Assembly: GCA_963828525.1 (NCBI GenBank)
Contig: CAWHEP010000010.1
Coordinates: 128,001 to 192,000, forward strand
DNA length: 64,000 nt
Reading direction: 5' to 3'
DNA from: an uncultured Verrucomicrobiae bacterium
GTDB taxonomy: Bacteria > Verrucomicrobiota > Verrucomicrobiia > Chthoniobacterales > Chthoniobacteraceae
Position numbers and translations under genes: made by a program. Positions 19,078-28,353 of this stretch are shown here, piece after piece. Numbering within the stretch: position 1 is the first letter of the stretch; each line of letters starts with the position of its first letter. Under the pieces are notes generated by a model. The model was not told where the DNA came from. It saw nothing but the letters and a program-made list of their open reading frames with translations, and did not search any database.

Positions 19078-19872
19078 ATGAAAATCCATCCCACTGCAAT
19101 CATCCATCCGGATGCTGAATTGGCGGATGACGTCGAAATCGGACCGTACGCGGTCATCGAAGGCCCGGCCAGGATCGCCTCCGGATGTGTGCTTCACTCT
19201 CACGTGGTTATCACAGGCGCGGTAATCCTTGGACGAAATAACCTTATCGGCCACGGAAGTGTGCTCGGGGGCGCTCCTCAAGACCTCGCGTTCGCGCCAT
19301 CCACCGCCAGCCGGGTCATCATCGGCGATTACAACACCTTCCGCGAACACTGCACAGTCCATAGAGGCACCGCCGAAGGGAGCGCAACCATCGTCGGCAA
19401 CTCCAACTACATCATGGCAGGCGCTCACCTGGGCCATAACGTAAAGCTTGGCGACAACATCATACTCGCGAACAGCGTCCTCCTTGGCGGCTACGTCCAG
19501 GTAGGCGACCGCGCCTTCCTCGGCGGCGGCTCCGTCTACCACCAGCACATCAGGGTCGGCAAACTCGTCATTACCCAAGGCAATAGCGGCTTCAGCAAAG
19601 AAGTCCCCCCCTTTACACTTGCGGCCGAGATCAACTTCGTCATCGGCCTCAACGTTGTTGGAGCCCGGCGCGCCGGCTTAAATGCCGAGGAGCGCAAAGA
19701 CATCAAGGACGCCTTTGTCCTCCTCTACAAAAGTGGGCTGAACACCACGCAAGCCCTGGAGCGTTCCCGCCAGCGCCCCTGGGGCCAGCATGGCCGCGAG
19801 TTCTTCGACTTCATTGCCTCGACCGGCAAGCGCGGCTACGCCCCACTTATGGAGAAAGCCAGCGCCTGGTAG
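19078..19872 (+). CDS. lpxA: Acyl-ACP--UDP-GlcNAc acyltransferase (LpxA, possibly a paralog)
   Basis: IHPTAII hexapeptide repeats, PQDL, TVHRGT, AHLGHN, HQ, GLNVVG. Confidence 0.9.
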   Translation: MKIHPTAIIHPDAELADDVEIGPYAVIEGPARIASGCVLHSHVVITGAVILGRNNLIGHGSVLGGAPQDLAFAPSTASRVIIGDYNTFREHCTVHRGTAEGSATIVGNSNYIMAGAHLGHNVKLGDNIILANSVLLGGYVQVGDRAFLGGGSVYHQHIRVGKLVITQGNSGFSKEVPPFTLAAEINFVIGLNVVGARRAGLNAEERKDIKDAFVLLYKSGLNTTQALERSRQRPWGQHGREFFDFIASTGKRGYAPLMEKASAW

Positions 19873-19900
19873 CCTTCCCTAGGCTTCCGCCATAAACCGG

Positions 19901-21625
19901 GTGATGTTCCGAAGAAACGCGTTTCCGGTGCTGGCGCTGCTTTGCCTTTGCGCCATCATCTGGTGCCACGTTTATGCCCGTTGGAGCGTCGCGTCCTTCA
20001 ACATCCCCGTCGATTACGGCGACGATCCCGACAAAGCCGACGCGAAGCTCGTCCTTGCCTCCATCAAAGCAGCCTCCGAAGGACATCTGCTGCCCCTTCT
20101 CCAGAAGAAAATCCCTGAACTCGGCGCCCCATCTACCGCGAATTGGTCAGACTTCCCTGGCGGCGAAGAAGTTCTCACATGTCTCACCGGTTTGCTTGCG
20201 CGGGGCGTAGGCCTGTTTGCCGCCTATAATCTTGCCCTGCTTGCCGCCCATCTGCTCGCGGCAATCTCGTTCTATGCCGCCTGCCGCATCCTCCACGCGC
20301 ATTGGGCCTGGAGCATGGCCGGTGCCCTCGCCTTCTCGTTTTCCCGCTACGGCATCGCTCACGGCGGCCACCATCTCGCCCTTGCCTATTACTGGCACGT
20401 CCCCCTCTGCATCCTTGTTTGTCGCTACTTGTCCAGCGCGGTCGGCATCGAGCTCTGCTCACGGCGTCACTGGCTCGGGCTTGCTGTCGCGGTCGTCACC
20501 GGGCTGCAGAATGTTTACTACGCAAACATGTTCGTCCAACTGGCCCTGCTCGCTGGCGCGTGGCAGCTCATCCGTCGCGGCTGGAGGGCCGCCCTGCCTG
20601 CTATCACCATCGCCGCCACCGCCACTCTGGTCTTCATTGCGATGCGCCTGGATACATTCGTATGCCGCGTTCGCGAAGGAGTTAACACCGAAGCCGTCGA
20701 GCGCAGCTACTCCTTCCTTGAATACTACGCGCTGAAATTTTCAGATCTCGTGATCCCCCCTCCAGATCACCGCTTCCACGCTTTCGCCGTCTTCTCGCAA
20801 GACTACTTCGCTCAGGTTCTCGTTCCCGGAGAGACACCGCCAGCGTGCTACCTCGGTATTGTTGGGATCGCCTGCCTCCTTTTGCTCGTTTTTGTTTCCG
20901 CCAGCCGTTTGCTCAAAAGGAGACCGGGCCTTCCTCTGGAGGCCTGGCAACTCATCTGGATCGGACTCTACTCCTCCGTTGGAGGCTTGAACGCCGTGGC
21001 GGGAGCCTTCGGCTTCCTCTTGTTCCGCTCCACCACCCGATACAGCCTCTTTATCCTAACCATCCTCCTGTTGTTTGCGGTTCAAAGACTTTCCTTCTGG
21101 TCACGCGGTCTTTCAGGCGTCCGGCTCCAACTTTCGATTGCGGCCGCAATCCTCCTTGCTGGTCTTTCCATTTGGGATCAAACCCCTTCGCCACCCACGG
21201 GCGAGGAACAAAAAGCTCTCGCTCGCCTCGTCGCGTCGGATCGCGCCTTCGCGGGAACAATGGAACAACATCTCCCCACCGGCTCCCGCGTTTTCCAGAT
21301 GCCCGTCATGGATTTCCCCGAAAGTCCAGAGGACGGCGTCCCCGCTTACGACCATTTCCGCCCGTATCTCTACTCAAAACATCTGGCGTATTCGTTCGGC
21401 GCAGTCAAAGGCCGCGACCGCGATGCCTGGCAGCAACAAGCCTCCGACCTCCCTGTCCCCGACCTGCTGAACACCCTGCAAATGCGCGGCTTTTCAGCCA
21501 TCTATATAAACTGCAACGGCTACAAGGATAAAGGCCAGTCCCTCATCGCGGCCCTGCACGGAGCGCATGGCCGCGACATTCTACGAAGTCAGAACGGGGA
21601 TCTGGCATGCGTCTTCCTGCGCTGA
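19901..21625 (+). CDS. Multi-pass membrane protein, GT-C/YfhO-like
   Basis: Many hydrophobic segments, an acidic first loop (YGDD) and a soluble C-terminal domain; family assignment is tentative. Confidence 0.5.
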   Translation: MMFRRNAFPVLALLCLCAIIWCHVYARWSVASFNIPVDYGDDPDKADAKLVLASIKAASEGHLLPLLQKKIPELGAPSTANWSDFPGGEEVLTCLTGLLARGVGLFAAYNLALLAAHLLAAISFYAACRILHAHWAWSMAGALAFSFSRYGIAHGGHHLALAYYWHVPLCILVCRYLSSAVGIELCSRRHWLGLAVAVVTGLQNVYYANMFVQLALLAGAWQLIRRGWRAALPAITIAATATLVFIAMRLDTFVCRVREGVNTEAVERSYSFLEYYALKFSDLVIPPPDHRFHAFAVFSQDYFAQVLVPGETPPACYLGIVGIACLLLLVFVSASRLLKRRPGLPLEAWQLIWIGLYSSVGGLNAVAGAFGFLLFRSTTRYSLFILTILLLFAVQRLSFWSRGLSGVRLQLSIAAAILLAGLSIWDQTPSPPTGEEQKALARLVASDRAFAGTMEQHLPTGSRVFQMPVMDFPESPEDGVPAYDHFRPYLYSKHLAYSFGAVKGRDRDAWQQQASDLPVPDLLNTLQMRGFSAIYINCNGYKDKGQSLIAALHGAHGRDILRSQNGDLACVFLR

Positions 21626-21663
21626 TCGTTTTTAAAAACGTTTGTTGACGGAACCCGTTAAAA

Positions 21664-21710
21664 CACCTATTAGATGCGTAGTTCTTTGAAAACACCACTA
21701 TATGTTGTGG
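21664..21710 (+). promoter_or_regulatory. NrdR boxes (strong at 21695-21710, weak at 21664-21679) near a putative sigma70 -35 (TTGACG, 21645-21650)
   Basis: CCACTATATGTTGTGG matches acaCwAtATaTwGtgt; a degenerate copy CACCTATTAGATGCGT lies 31 bp upstream; sits in front of nrdBA. Confidence 0.8.
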
Positions 21711-21712
21711 TA

Positions 21713-21880
21713 TCAGGTAAGAAAGTGCCCTTTGCTACGGCCTAGGGAGAATAGGGAAACGGGTGTGAATCCCGTGCGGTAGCGCCGCTGTAACGAGCTA
21801 CGAAAGCCCCACTAAGGCCACTGCGCGGGGGCGCGGTAAGGCGGGGTGAGTAGAACGACCTCGAAGTCAGAAGACCTGCT
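21713..21880 (+). ncRNA. Cobalamin (B12) riboswitch
   Basis: AGGGAA..GGTG.GAATCC, GCCGCTGTAA, GCCACTG and the B12 box AGTCAGAAGACCTGC; 5' CAGGT can pair with 3' ACCTG. Confidence 0.92.
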
Positions 21881-21979
21881 TTTTTACACTCATCAAGTCC
21901 TCGGATATGTTCCGGGGTAACTCTCTCGCCAAAGAGGGGATGGGACTCTGAATGGTGCTCCTCAGTTCGCTGGTCTGTC

Positions 21980-22018
21980 GCCTTCTGTTTCCCGAGTTGG
22001 AATCTGGAGGGCTTTTTT
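21980..22018 (+). terminator. Putative riboswitch-controlled intrinsic terminator in the nrdB leader
   Basis: GCCTTCTG..TTCC / GGAA..TGGAGGGC hairpin with G-U pairs, followed by T6. Confidence 0.55.
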
Positions 22019-22075
22019 GTGCCCCGGTTCCGGCAAGAAACTGCGCCGTGGCGGGCGCTGAAGCGGAGCATAGTC

Positions 22076-23203
22076 ATGATCGAACTAACGGAAAAGCCGG
22101 AAGAGAAGGTGGAAGGGCACCATGTCGTTTACACGTTCCAAGGGCGAACGTTCCGCCTGGACAAGGAAAAGGCCCGCGCTCGTCTCGCCGGCAAAAAAGT
22201 CATCAATGGCCTGCGCAGCGCGGAACTGAATGTCCTGCCGCTCAAATATCACGAGGCCTATCGCATCTACAAGCAGATGAAGGCGAACCATTGGGAGCCT
22301 GATGTAATCGACATGACGAAGGATTGCGCCACCTGGAATTCCACCAAGTTGAATGCCCGTGAACGCTGGATCATCGAAATGGGGGTCGGTTACTTCTCCT
22401 CTGCGGAGGGTATTGTTGGGGACAGTGTCCTTCACGTTATTGAGGACAATCTCACTGCCGCTGAGTTGAAGCACGCCTCACTGCGCCAGATCGCGGAGGA
22501 GTCGATCCACATGGATTCGCTTCTCCATATCATCAGCAGCCTGAACATAGATCTCGACGAGGTGACGGCTAAATTTCAGGACATTCCCTCGATCAAGAAA
22601 AAGAACGAGTACATCACGCGTCACATGCCCGAATTAAAAATGGGCATCGACCTGACCCAGACCGTAAACAAGCAGAAGTTTGCCAAGGCTATTTTCGGCA
22701 TCACCCAGGTCATGGAAGGAACCCAGTTCTACGCGCTGTTTGCAATGATCCTGTCCTTGCATCGGCAGAATAAAATGACCGGCATTGGCCAGATGTTCCA
22801 ATACACCTTGCGGGATGAATCGAATCATATCGCGCTTGGCCGATACATCCTTGAAAAATTGATCGAGGAAAACCCCGAACTGTGGACCGAGGAGTTCCGC
22901 TCGGAACTCGTCGAGTTCATGCGAGAGGGCATCGCGCTGGAAAAGGAATTCGTCCTCGATTGCATGCCGGAAGACATGGTTGGCATGACTCAGAAGGACT
23001 TCCTTGATTACGTCGATCACAACGCGGATCGCCGTCTCGAAAGCCTGGGCCTTCCCCGGCTTTCCAGCGTTAGGAACAATCCCTTCCTTTGGCTTGATGA
23101 AGTCATCTTTCTCAAGAAAGAGAAGAATTTCTTTGAGACCCGCGTCACCGAATACCAGACCAGCGGCAGCGTAAAGAACACCAACGAAGACGACCTGGTC
23201 TAA
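22076..23203 (+). CDS. nrdB: Ribonucleotide reductase beta subunit, class Ic-like
   Basis: EESIH, MEGTQFY, RDESNH and C-terminal KNFFETRVTEY; Glu at the D84 position and Leu at the Y122 position. Confidence 0.92.
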   Translation: MIELTEKPEEKVEGHHVVYTFQGRTFRLDKEKARARLAGKKVINGLRSAELNVLPLKYHEAYRIYKQMKANHWEPDVIDMTKDCATWNSTKLNARERWIIEMGVGYFSSAEGIVGDSVLHVIEDNLTAAELKHASLRQIAEESIHMDSLLHIISSLNIDLDEVTAKFQDIPSIKKKNEYITRHMPELKMGIDLTQTVNKQKFAKAIFGITQVMEGTQFYALFAMILSLHRQNKMTGIGQMFQYTLRDESNHIALGRYILEKLIEENPELWTEEFRSELVEFMREGIALEKEFVLDCMPEDMVGMTQKDFLDYVDHNADRRLESLGLPRLSSVRNNPFLWLDEVIFLKKEKNFFETRVTEYQTSGSVKNTNEDDLV

Positions 23204-23222
23204 CCCCAGAATCCCCGCGACC

Positions 23223-26045
23223 ATGAGCACCGAAACCATCGAGTTGGAAAAAAACCTCGGATCCAGCGGATCGGATTATCCCCGCGTCATCCGCCGCGAC
23301 CTTCCCAACTCCCCCTCCAGCAAGCCCCGCGTGGTGAGCTGGATTGGATTCAAGATTGAAAAAGCGGTTGATGCGGCCTGCGCCGCAGCGGGACAGGAAC
23401 CCATTGGGAAGCTGATCCAGGCCGAGGTTGAGTTTAAGATGAAAAGGGAGCGTCCGCTCTTCATTCATATCGAGCAGCTACAGGACTTGGTGGAAAACCT
23501 GCTCATCGAAATGAACTACGGGCGGGTTGCCCTGGCTTATGGCAAGTATCGCGCGCGCCGGGCCGCTGTGCGCGATATTGAAGCGCAGGTTGCCGCCAGT
23601 GGAGGCGAGCAGCTTGAATTGGCTTCGCCAGATTTGTCGACCGATCTGCGCCTGCGCATTTCCTTCGCCCGCATCAATCTGCGACTTACACTTTCGGAAA
23701 ATGAATTGATCGCGCGCCTGATGCGGAGCGTCTCCCTGTCGCTGACGCCACAGGAACAGCGCGAGACCGTCATCCTCAATGCCAAGAACCTCCTCGACGT
23801 TGACGCGGACAGCCGTTTCTTTGCCGGACGCATTCTTCTCACTTACATTTACGAGGAAACGCTCGCATGGAAAATTGCCGATGGTATCGATCAACTCAAG
23901 GATGCCCATCGCAAGGCATTCCTGAAGTATATCCCGCTCGGCATTGAGCGAGGACGGCTTGATCCTCGCCTGGCAGAGTTCCGGTTGAACGAACTGGCCG
24001 ACGCCATCGATCCCTACGCGGATCTTCACTTCGACTTCATCGGCATCCAAAACCTGTACGACCGCTACCTCATTCATATCAAGGATGCCAATGCGCCGGA
24101 AGGCCGGCGCCGGGCTGAGTCACCGCAAATTTTCTGGATGCGCGTCGCGATGGGCCTTTCCTTGCATGAATCCGAACGGGAAGTCCGGGCCAAGGAGTTT
24201 TATGGCATTTACCAAAACAAGCGCGCCTGCTCCTCTACTCCGACCCTGTTCAATTCCGGCACGCGCCGTCCGCAGCTCTCCAGTTGCTATCTGCTTTATT
24301 GCGGGGATTCCATCGAGGAAATCGCCGAGACTTGGACCCGGTTCTCCTCGCTATCCAAATGGGCGGGCGGACTCGGATGCTCGTGGACGGCGGTGCGCGG
24401 CAGCGGCGCCCACATCCACGGCACCAACGGCGAATCGTCTGGCGTCATCCCGTTCCTCAAAGTCGCCAATGACATCTGCGTCGCGGTAAACCAGGGCGGT
24501 AAACGCCCGGGAGCGTTGTGCAGTTACATCGAAATCTGGCACACAGACATTGAGGACTTCCTCGACCTCCGTAAAGAGACCGGAGACGACCGCCGTCGCA
24601 CTCACAACATGAACACGGCCAACTGGGTGCCCGATCTGTTCATGAAGCGGCTGCGCGATATTTCAGAGGGCCGTCTCCCCAAGGATGCAACGTGGACCCT
24701 GTTCCGCAGCAACGAAACACCCGATCTTCCGGAGCTCTATGGCCGCAAGTTTGAGGAGCGTTACGCCCATTACGAAGCGCTGGCAGAGGAAGGCCTTATC
24801 TTCAGCCGTAAGATTCGCGCGCTCGCATTGTGGAAAAAGATGATCGAGGCGCTATTCGAGACCGGCCATCCATGGATCACCTTTAAAGACCCATCGAACA
24901 TCCGTTCACCTCAAGACCATGTTGGTGTCATCCACAATTCCAACCTCTGCACTGAGATCACGCTTAACACAAGCATGGAGGAAGTGGCCGTCTGCAATCT
25001 CGCTTCGATCAACATCCCGAACCATCTGCGCGACGACGGCTCTATTGATCACGATAAGTTGCAGGACACGATCCGTGTTGTTATGCGGATGCTGGATAAT
25101 GTCATCGACATCAACTATTACCCCGCTGAGGCAGCCAAGCGCGCCAACACGCGTCACCGTCCGGTCGGTCTGGGCGTCATGGGCTTGCAGGACGCCCTTT
25201 ATACTAAGCGCATCTCGTTTGATTCTCTCGAGGCGGTCGATTTCAACGATGAGATCATGGAGGCCATTGCGTTTTACGCCTACTCCGCGTCCTCCGATCT
25301 GGCGGCGGAAAAGGGACGCTATCCCTCGTTCCAGGGTTCCAAGTGGGATCGCGGCCTGTTGCCACTCGATACGCTGGCGCTTTTGGAGGAAGAGCGCGGC
25401 ACCCCGGTATTGGTTGACCGCGGGAGTCGCCTCGATTGGGAAGGACTGCGCGGGAAGATTCGACGACAAGGCATGCGGAACTCGAATTGCCTCGCCATTG
25501 CGCCTACGGCAACCATCTCGAACATCATGGGCTGCGCGCCGTGCATCGAGCCGAGTTATAAGCACATCCACACCAAGTCAAACCTGTCCGGCGAGTTTGT
25601 CCGCACAAACGATTTCCTCGTAAAAGAATTAATGGGGCTGGGCATGTGGGATGAGGAAATGCTTTCCGATCTAAAGTATTTTGATGGCTCTATTCAAGGC
25701 ATCGAGCGGGTTCCCGAAGACGTAAAACGGTTATACAAAACCGCCTTTGAGATCGAACCCACTTGGTTGCTTCAGTGCGCGGCGGTTCGCCAGAAATGGC
25801 TCGATCAATCGCAGTCGGTGAATCTTTTCCTGGCTGAGAATGATGCCCGGAAGGCGTCGTTTATGTACCGCGAGGCATGGGATCGCGGCCTCAAGACCAC
25901 CTACTATTTGCGCACGATCAACAAGTCAGGCATCGATTCAGGTAATCGTGAGCGCAAGAAGACCGAAGTCGAAACCGTGCCGGCGCCATCGGCCTGCTCC
26001 ATCGAAGCCATGCGCAACGGAACGGTTTGCGAGTCCTGCCAATAA
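23223..26045 (+). CDS. nrdA: Ribonucleotide reductase alpha subunit (class I) with N-terminal ATP-cone-like region
   Basis: [38 protein letters not shown]-terminal CESCQ. Confidence 0.97.
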   Translation: MSTETIELEKNLGSSGSDYPRVIRRDLPNSPSSKPRVVSWIGFKIEKAVDAACAAAGQEPIGKLIQAEVEFKMKRERPLFIHIEQLQDLVENLLIEMNYGRVALAYGKYRARRAAVRDIEAQVAASGGEQLELASPDLSTDLRLRISFARINLRLTLSENELIARLMRSVSLSLTPQEQRETVILNAKNLLDVDADSRFFAGRILLTYIYEETLAWKIADGIDQLKDAHRKAFLKYIPLGIERGRLDPRLAEFRLNELADAIDPYADLHFDFIGIQNLYDRYLIHIKDANAPEGRRRAESPQIFWMRVAMGLSLHESEREVRAKEFYGIYQNKRACSSTPTLFNSGTRRPQLSSCYLLYCGDSIEEIAETWTRFSSLSKWAGGLGCSWTAVRGSGAHIHGTNGESSGVIPFLKVANDICVAVNQGGKRPGALCSYIEIWHTDIEDFLDLRKETGDDRRRTHNMNTANWVPDLFMKRLRDISEGRLPKDATWTLFRSNETPDLPELYGRKFEERYAHYEALAEEGLIFSRKIRALALWKKMIEALFETGHPWITFKDPSNIRSPQDHVGVIHNSNLCTEITLNTSMEEVAVCNLASINIPNHLRDDGSIDHDKLQDTIRVVMRMLDNVIDINYYPAEAAKRANTRHRPVGLGVMGLQDALYTKRISFDSLEAVDFNDEIMEAIAFYAYSASSDLAAEKGRYPSFQGSKWDRGLLPLDTLALLEEERGTPVLVDRGSRLDWEGLRGKIRRQGMRNSNCLAIAPTATISNIMGCAPCIEPSYKHIHTKSNLSGEFVRTNDFLVKELMGLGMWDEEMLSDLKYFDGSIQGIERVPEDVKRLYKTAFEIEPTWLLQCAAVRQKWLDQSQSVNLFLAENDARKASFMYREAWDRGLKTTYYLRTINKSGIDSGNRERKKTEVETVPAPSACSIEAMRNGTVCESCQ

Positions 26046-26055
26046 AGGAGTTATT

Positions 26056-26625
26056 ATCGGTATCAAATCAGATAGTTGGATTCGGCGCATGGCGCAAAAG
26101 GAAGGCATGATCGAACCGTTTTCACCGACACAGGTGCGCCGGACTGAGGCAGGACAATCGATCATCAGCTATGGACTTTCGAGCTATGGGTATGATTTGC
26201 GCGTTTCGAATGAGTTCAAGGTGTTCACCAATGTCTTCAATACGGTGGTCGATCCCAAGGCCTTTGACGAAAAGTCGTTCGTCGATATGCAGACCGATGT
26301 TTGTATCGTGCCGCCGAACTCCTTCGCGCTGGCTCGGAGTATTGAATACTTCCGCATCCCCCGCGATGTCATCACCATCTGCCTCGGCAAATCGACCTAT
26401 GCCCGGTGCGGCATCATCGTCAACGTCACGCCGTTCGAGCCTGAGTGGGAGGGGCATGTGACCTTGGAGATTTCCAATACCACACCTCTCCCGGCTCGCA
26501 TCTATGCCAATGAAGGACTCGCCCAGGTTCTTTTCATTGGCGGTGATGAGGTCTGTGAAACGTCTTATGCGGATCGTTCCGGTAAATATATGAAGCAACG
26601 CGGCATCACGACCGCGAAGGCTTAA
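26056..26625 (+). CDS. dcd: dCTP deaminase (apparent ATC/ATT start)
   Basis: [50 protein letters not shown] 5 nt before ATC. Confidence 0.93.
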   Translation: MGIKSDSWIRRMAQKEGMIEPFSPTQVRRTEAGQSIISYGLSSYGYDLRVSNEFKVFTNVFNTVVDPKAFDEKSFVDMQTDVCIVPPNSFALARSIEYFRIPRDVITICLGKSTYARCGIIVNVTPFEPEWEGHVTLEISNTTPLPARIYANEGLAQVLFIGGDEVCETSYADRSGKYMKQRGITTAKA

Positions 26626-26781
26626 ACCCCTGGAAGCGCAGGAATGCTCAAATGGCGTGGGGCGCTTCGAGCATTGCTGTGGGAAAGGACAATAATGTGC
26701 CCAACCAAGCTGGGGGCGCTGCTTCCGCAGTCAGCCCGCAAACGCTCTAGACTGCTTCCAGGCGGGTCTTCCGCCCAGAAC

Positions 26782-27186
26782 CTACCCTTTGTAGGCGAAA
26801 GTTCCGCGCGCGACCTTCTTCAGGCCCTTCACTTTTTTTCCGGCTGTGTAAAACCAGAAGTTCACGCTGCTTTTCTTCGCGCCAATTCTCTCCGCGACTT
26901 CGCCAACGGATAACCCACCCGGCCCTTCGTTCTGCAATAGCGCGACGATCTGGTCTTTCAAAGTGCCTCCCGATTTCTTGGCGCTTGTCGCCTTTACGGG
27001 CGCGCTGACTGAAGACTTCGGTGGCCTGCCGCGGCGGCGCGCGGGGGTCGAAGCGGCGGGTGCCGCTGCTGCTCCAGCGCTGGAGCCTCCGAAAAGGATC
27101 GCGATCTGTTGATCGATTCCATCCCGTTCTTTCAAAAGAGCGAGAATTTTTTCGAGCTGAGGCGTGGACAAATTAGGAGTCATCAT
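26782..27186 (-). CDS. Small basic DNA-binding protein (N-terminal helix, AT-hook, C-terminal HTH-like)
   Basis: RRRGRPPK AT-hook, Ala/Pro/Lys linker, LSVGEVAERIGAKKSSVNFW HTH-like segment. Confidence 0.65.
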   Translation of the reverse strand: MMTPNLSTPQLEKILALLKERDGIDQQIAILFGGSSAGAAAAPAASTPARRRGRPPKSSVSAPVKATSAKKSGGTLKDQIVALLQNEGPGGLSVGEVAERIGAKKSSVNFWFYTAGKKVKGLKKVARGTFAYKG

Positions 27187-27260
27187 GAGTAGCTGCGTCT
27201 CCGACGATGCCGGAGCACAGTGGAGGATATTTGGTTAGGTTGGAATTTTGTTGGCTTGGG

Positions 27261-27289
27261 ATTATATGCCACCTGTGATCCCTTTGCAA
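27261..27289 (-). promoter_or_regulatory. Near-consensus sigma70 promoter for the small DNA-binding protein gene
   Basis: Minus strand TTGCAA-17 nt-TATAAT, about 75 bp upstream of the ATG. Confidence 0.75.
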
Positions 27290-27342
27290 TAGTTGACAAG
27301 CAATTTTCTCAACCGAGGAAATTTCCTGCCAATCAAGCAAGC

Positions 27343-28167
27343 TCAACGCGCGGCAACCGCCTTCTCAATCGCGCCTTGAAGCTCTTCGCCCCTCAAACCC
27401 ACCCCGATGATCTTGCCTTCTTTATCCAGAAGGAAAGTCGAGGGAATTGATGTGATCCCGTACTTCGACGCCAGCTTGTTTTGCCACCCCTGGCCGTCGA
27501 AATATTGCGCCCAGGTCACGTTCTTTTCCTTTAAAAACGACGTCAGCTTTTCTTTATCCTGATCGAGGCTGATCCCTATTATTTCAAAGCCTTTGTCGTG
27601 GTATTTCCCGTACACGCTCACAACGTTCGGCAGTTCATGAACGCACGGGCCGCACCAGGTGGCCCAGAAATCCAGCATCACAATCTTGCCCTTGTAGTTG
27701 CCGATCGACAGCGGTTTTCCATCGATGTCTTGAACTTCGAAATCTGGAAACTTGCTGCCTTCTACGAGCTCGCCCTGAATCTTCTTTGCCTCCCTCTGCC
27801 GCTCGATGGAAGCAATCATATTGTCCGCCCTCTTGCCCGCGTCGGTGTCGGGAAAGTCCGTCTTTAGCGTTTTGAGCAGTTCCGTCGCCCGGACTTCGTC
27901 TTTCAAAACCTCCGCGTACAAAATCGCCTTCATCAGCAAAATCTCCGCGACATCTTCGGTCTTTTCTCCTTTGTGCTCCGCCAGCAGCGAGTCGAACCCT
28001 TTCAGTTCTTCATCCAGGCCGCTTTCCGTTCTGACCCCGCTTTGCACCTTCGTCCGAATTTTGCCTACCAACGTTTGTAGTTCCGACTTGGGATCAGCGG
28101 CGACCGCCGAATGCGAAAGTGCGAGCAATCCGATCAATGCGAGGGGGAGGAAGAGTTTATTGAGCAT
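27343..28167 (-). CDS. TlpA-family thiol-disulfide oxidoreductase, exported
   Basis: Signal peptide; DFWATWCGPC; cis-Pro motif ITSIP. Confidence 0.92.
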   Translation of the reverse strand: MLNKLFLPLALIGLLALSHSAVAADPKSELQTLVGKIRTKVQSGVRTESGLDEELKGFDSLLAEHKGEKTEDVAEILLMKAILYAEVLKDEVRATELLKTLKTDFPDTDAGKRADNMIASIERQREAKKIQGELVEGSKFPDFEVQDIDGKPLSIGNYKGKIVMLDFWATWCGPCVHELPNVVSVYGKYHDKGFEIIGISLDQDKEKLTSFLKEKNVTWAQYFDGQGWQNKLASKYGITSIPSTFLLDKEGKIIGVGLRGEELQGAIEKAVAAR

Positions 28168-28303
28168 GTCCCGTCACTGGAACACCAACAACGATTCCCG
28201 GCAAGGCTTTCCCAATAATATGGCCTGCGTGTTCTGCGACATAACACACGGGTCTTTTTCGTATTTGAATCTCCCAATTGCATAGCCCCCTCTGTTTGCT
28301 ATC

Positions 28304-28319
28304 GGGCAGGCTTTCTGCT
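28304..28319 (+). promoter_or_regulatory. Possible sigma54-like promoter for the patatin/beta-oxidation operon
   Basis: GGGCAG-GCTTT-CTGCT has GG-N10-GC spacing but imperfect flanks. Confidence 0.3.
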
Positions 28320-28353
28320 ACATTGAAGGTGGGATTGAGGGAGGCGCGGGTTT

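Noticed and set aside
25840..26055. N-terminal extension of dcd given by the ORF track
   Set aside because: It overlaps the nrdA 3' end in another frame and does not resemble Dcd.
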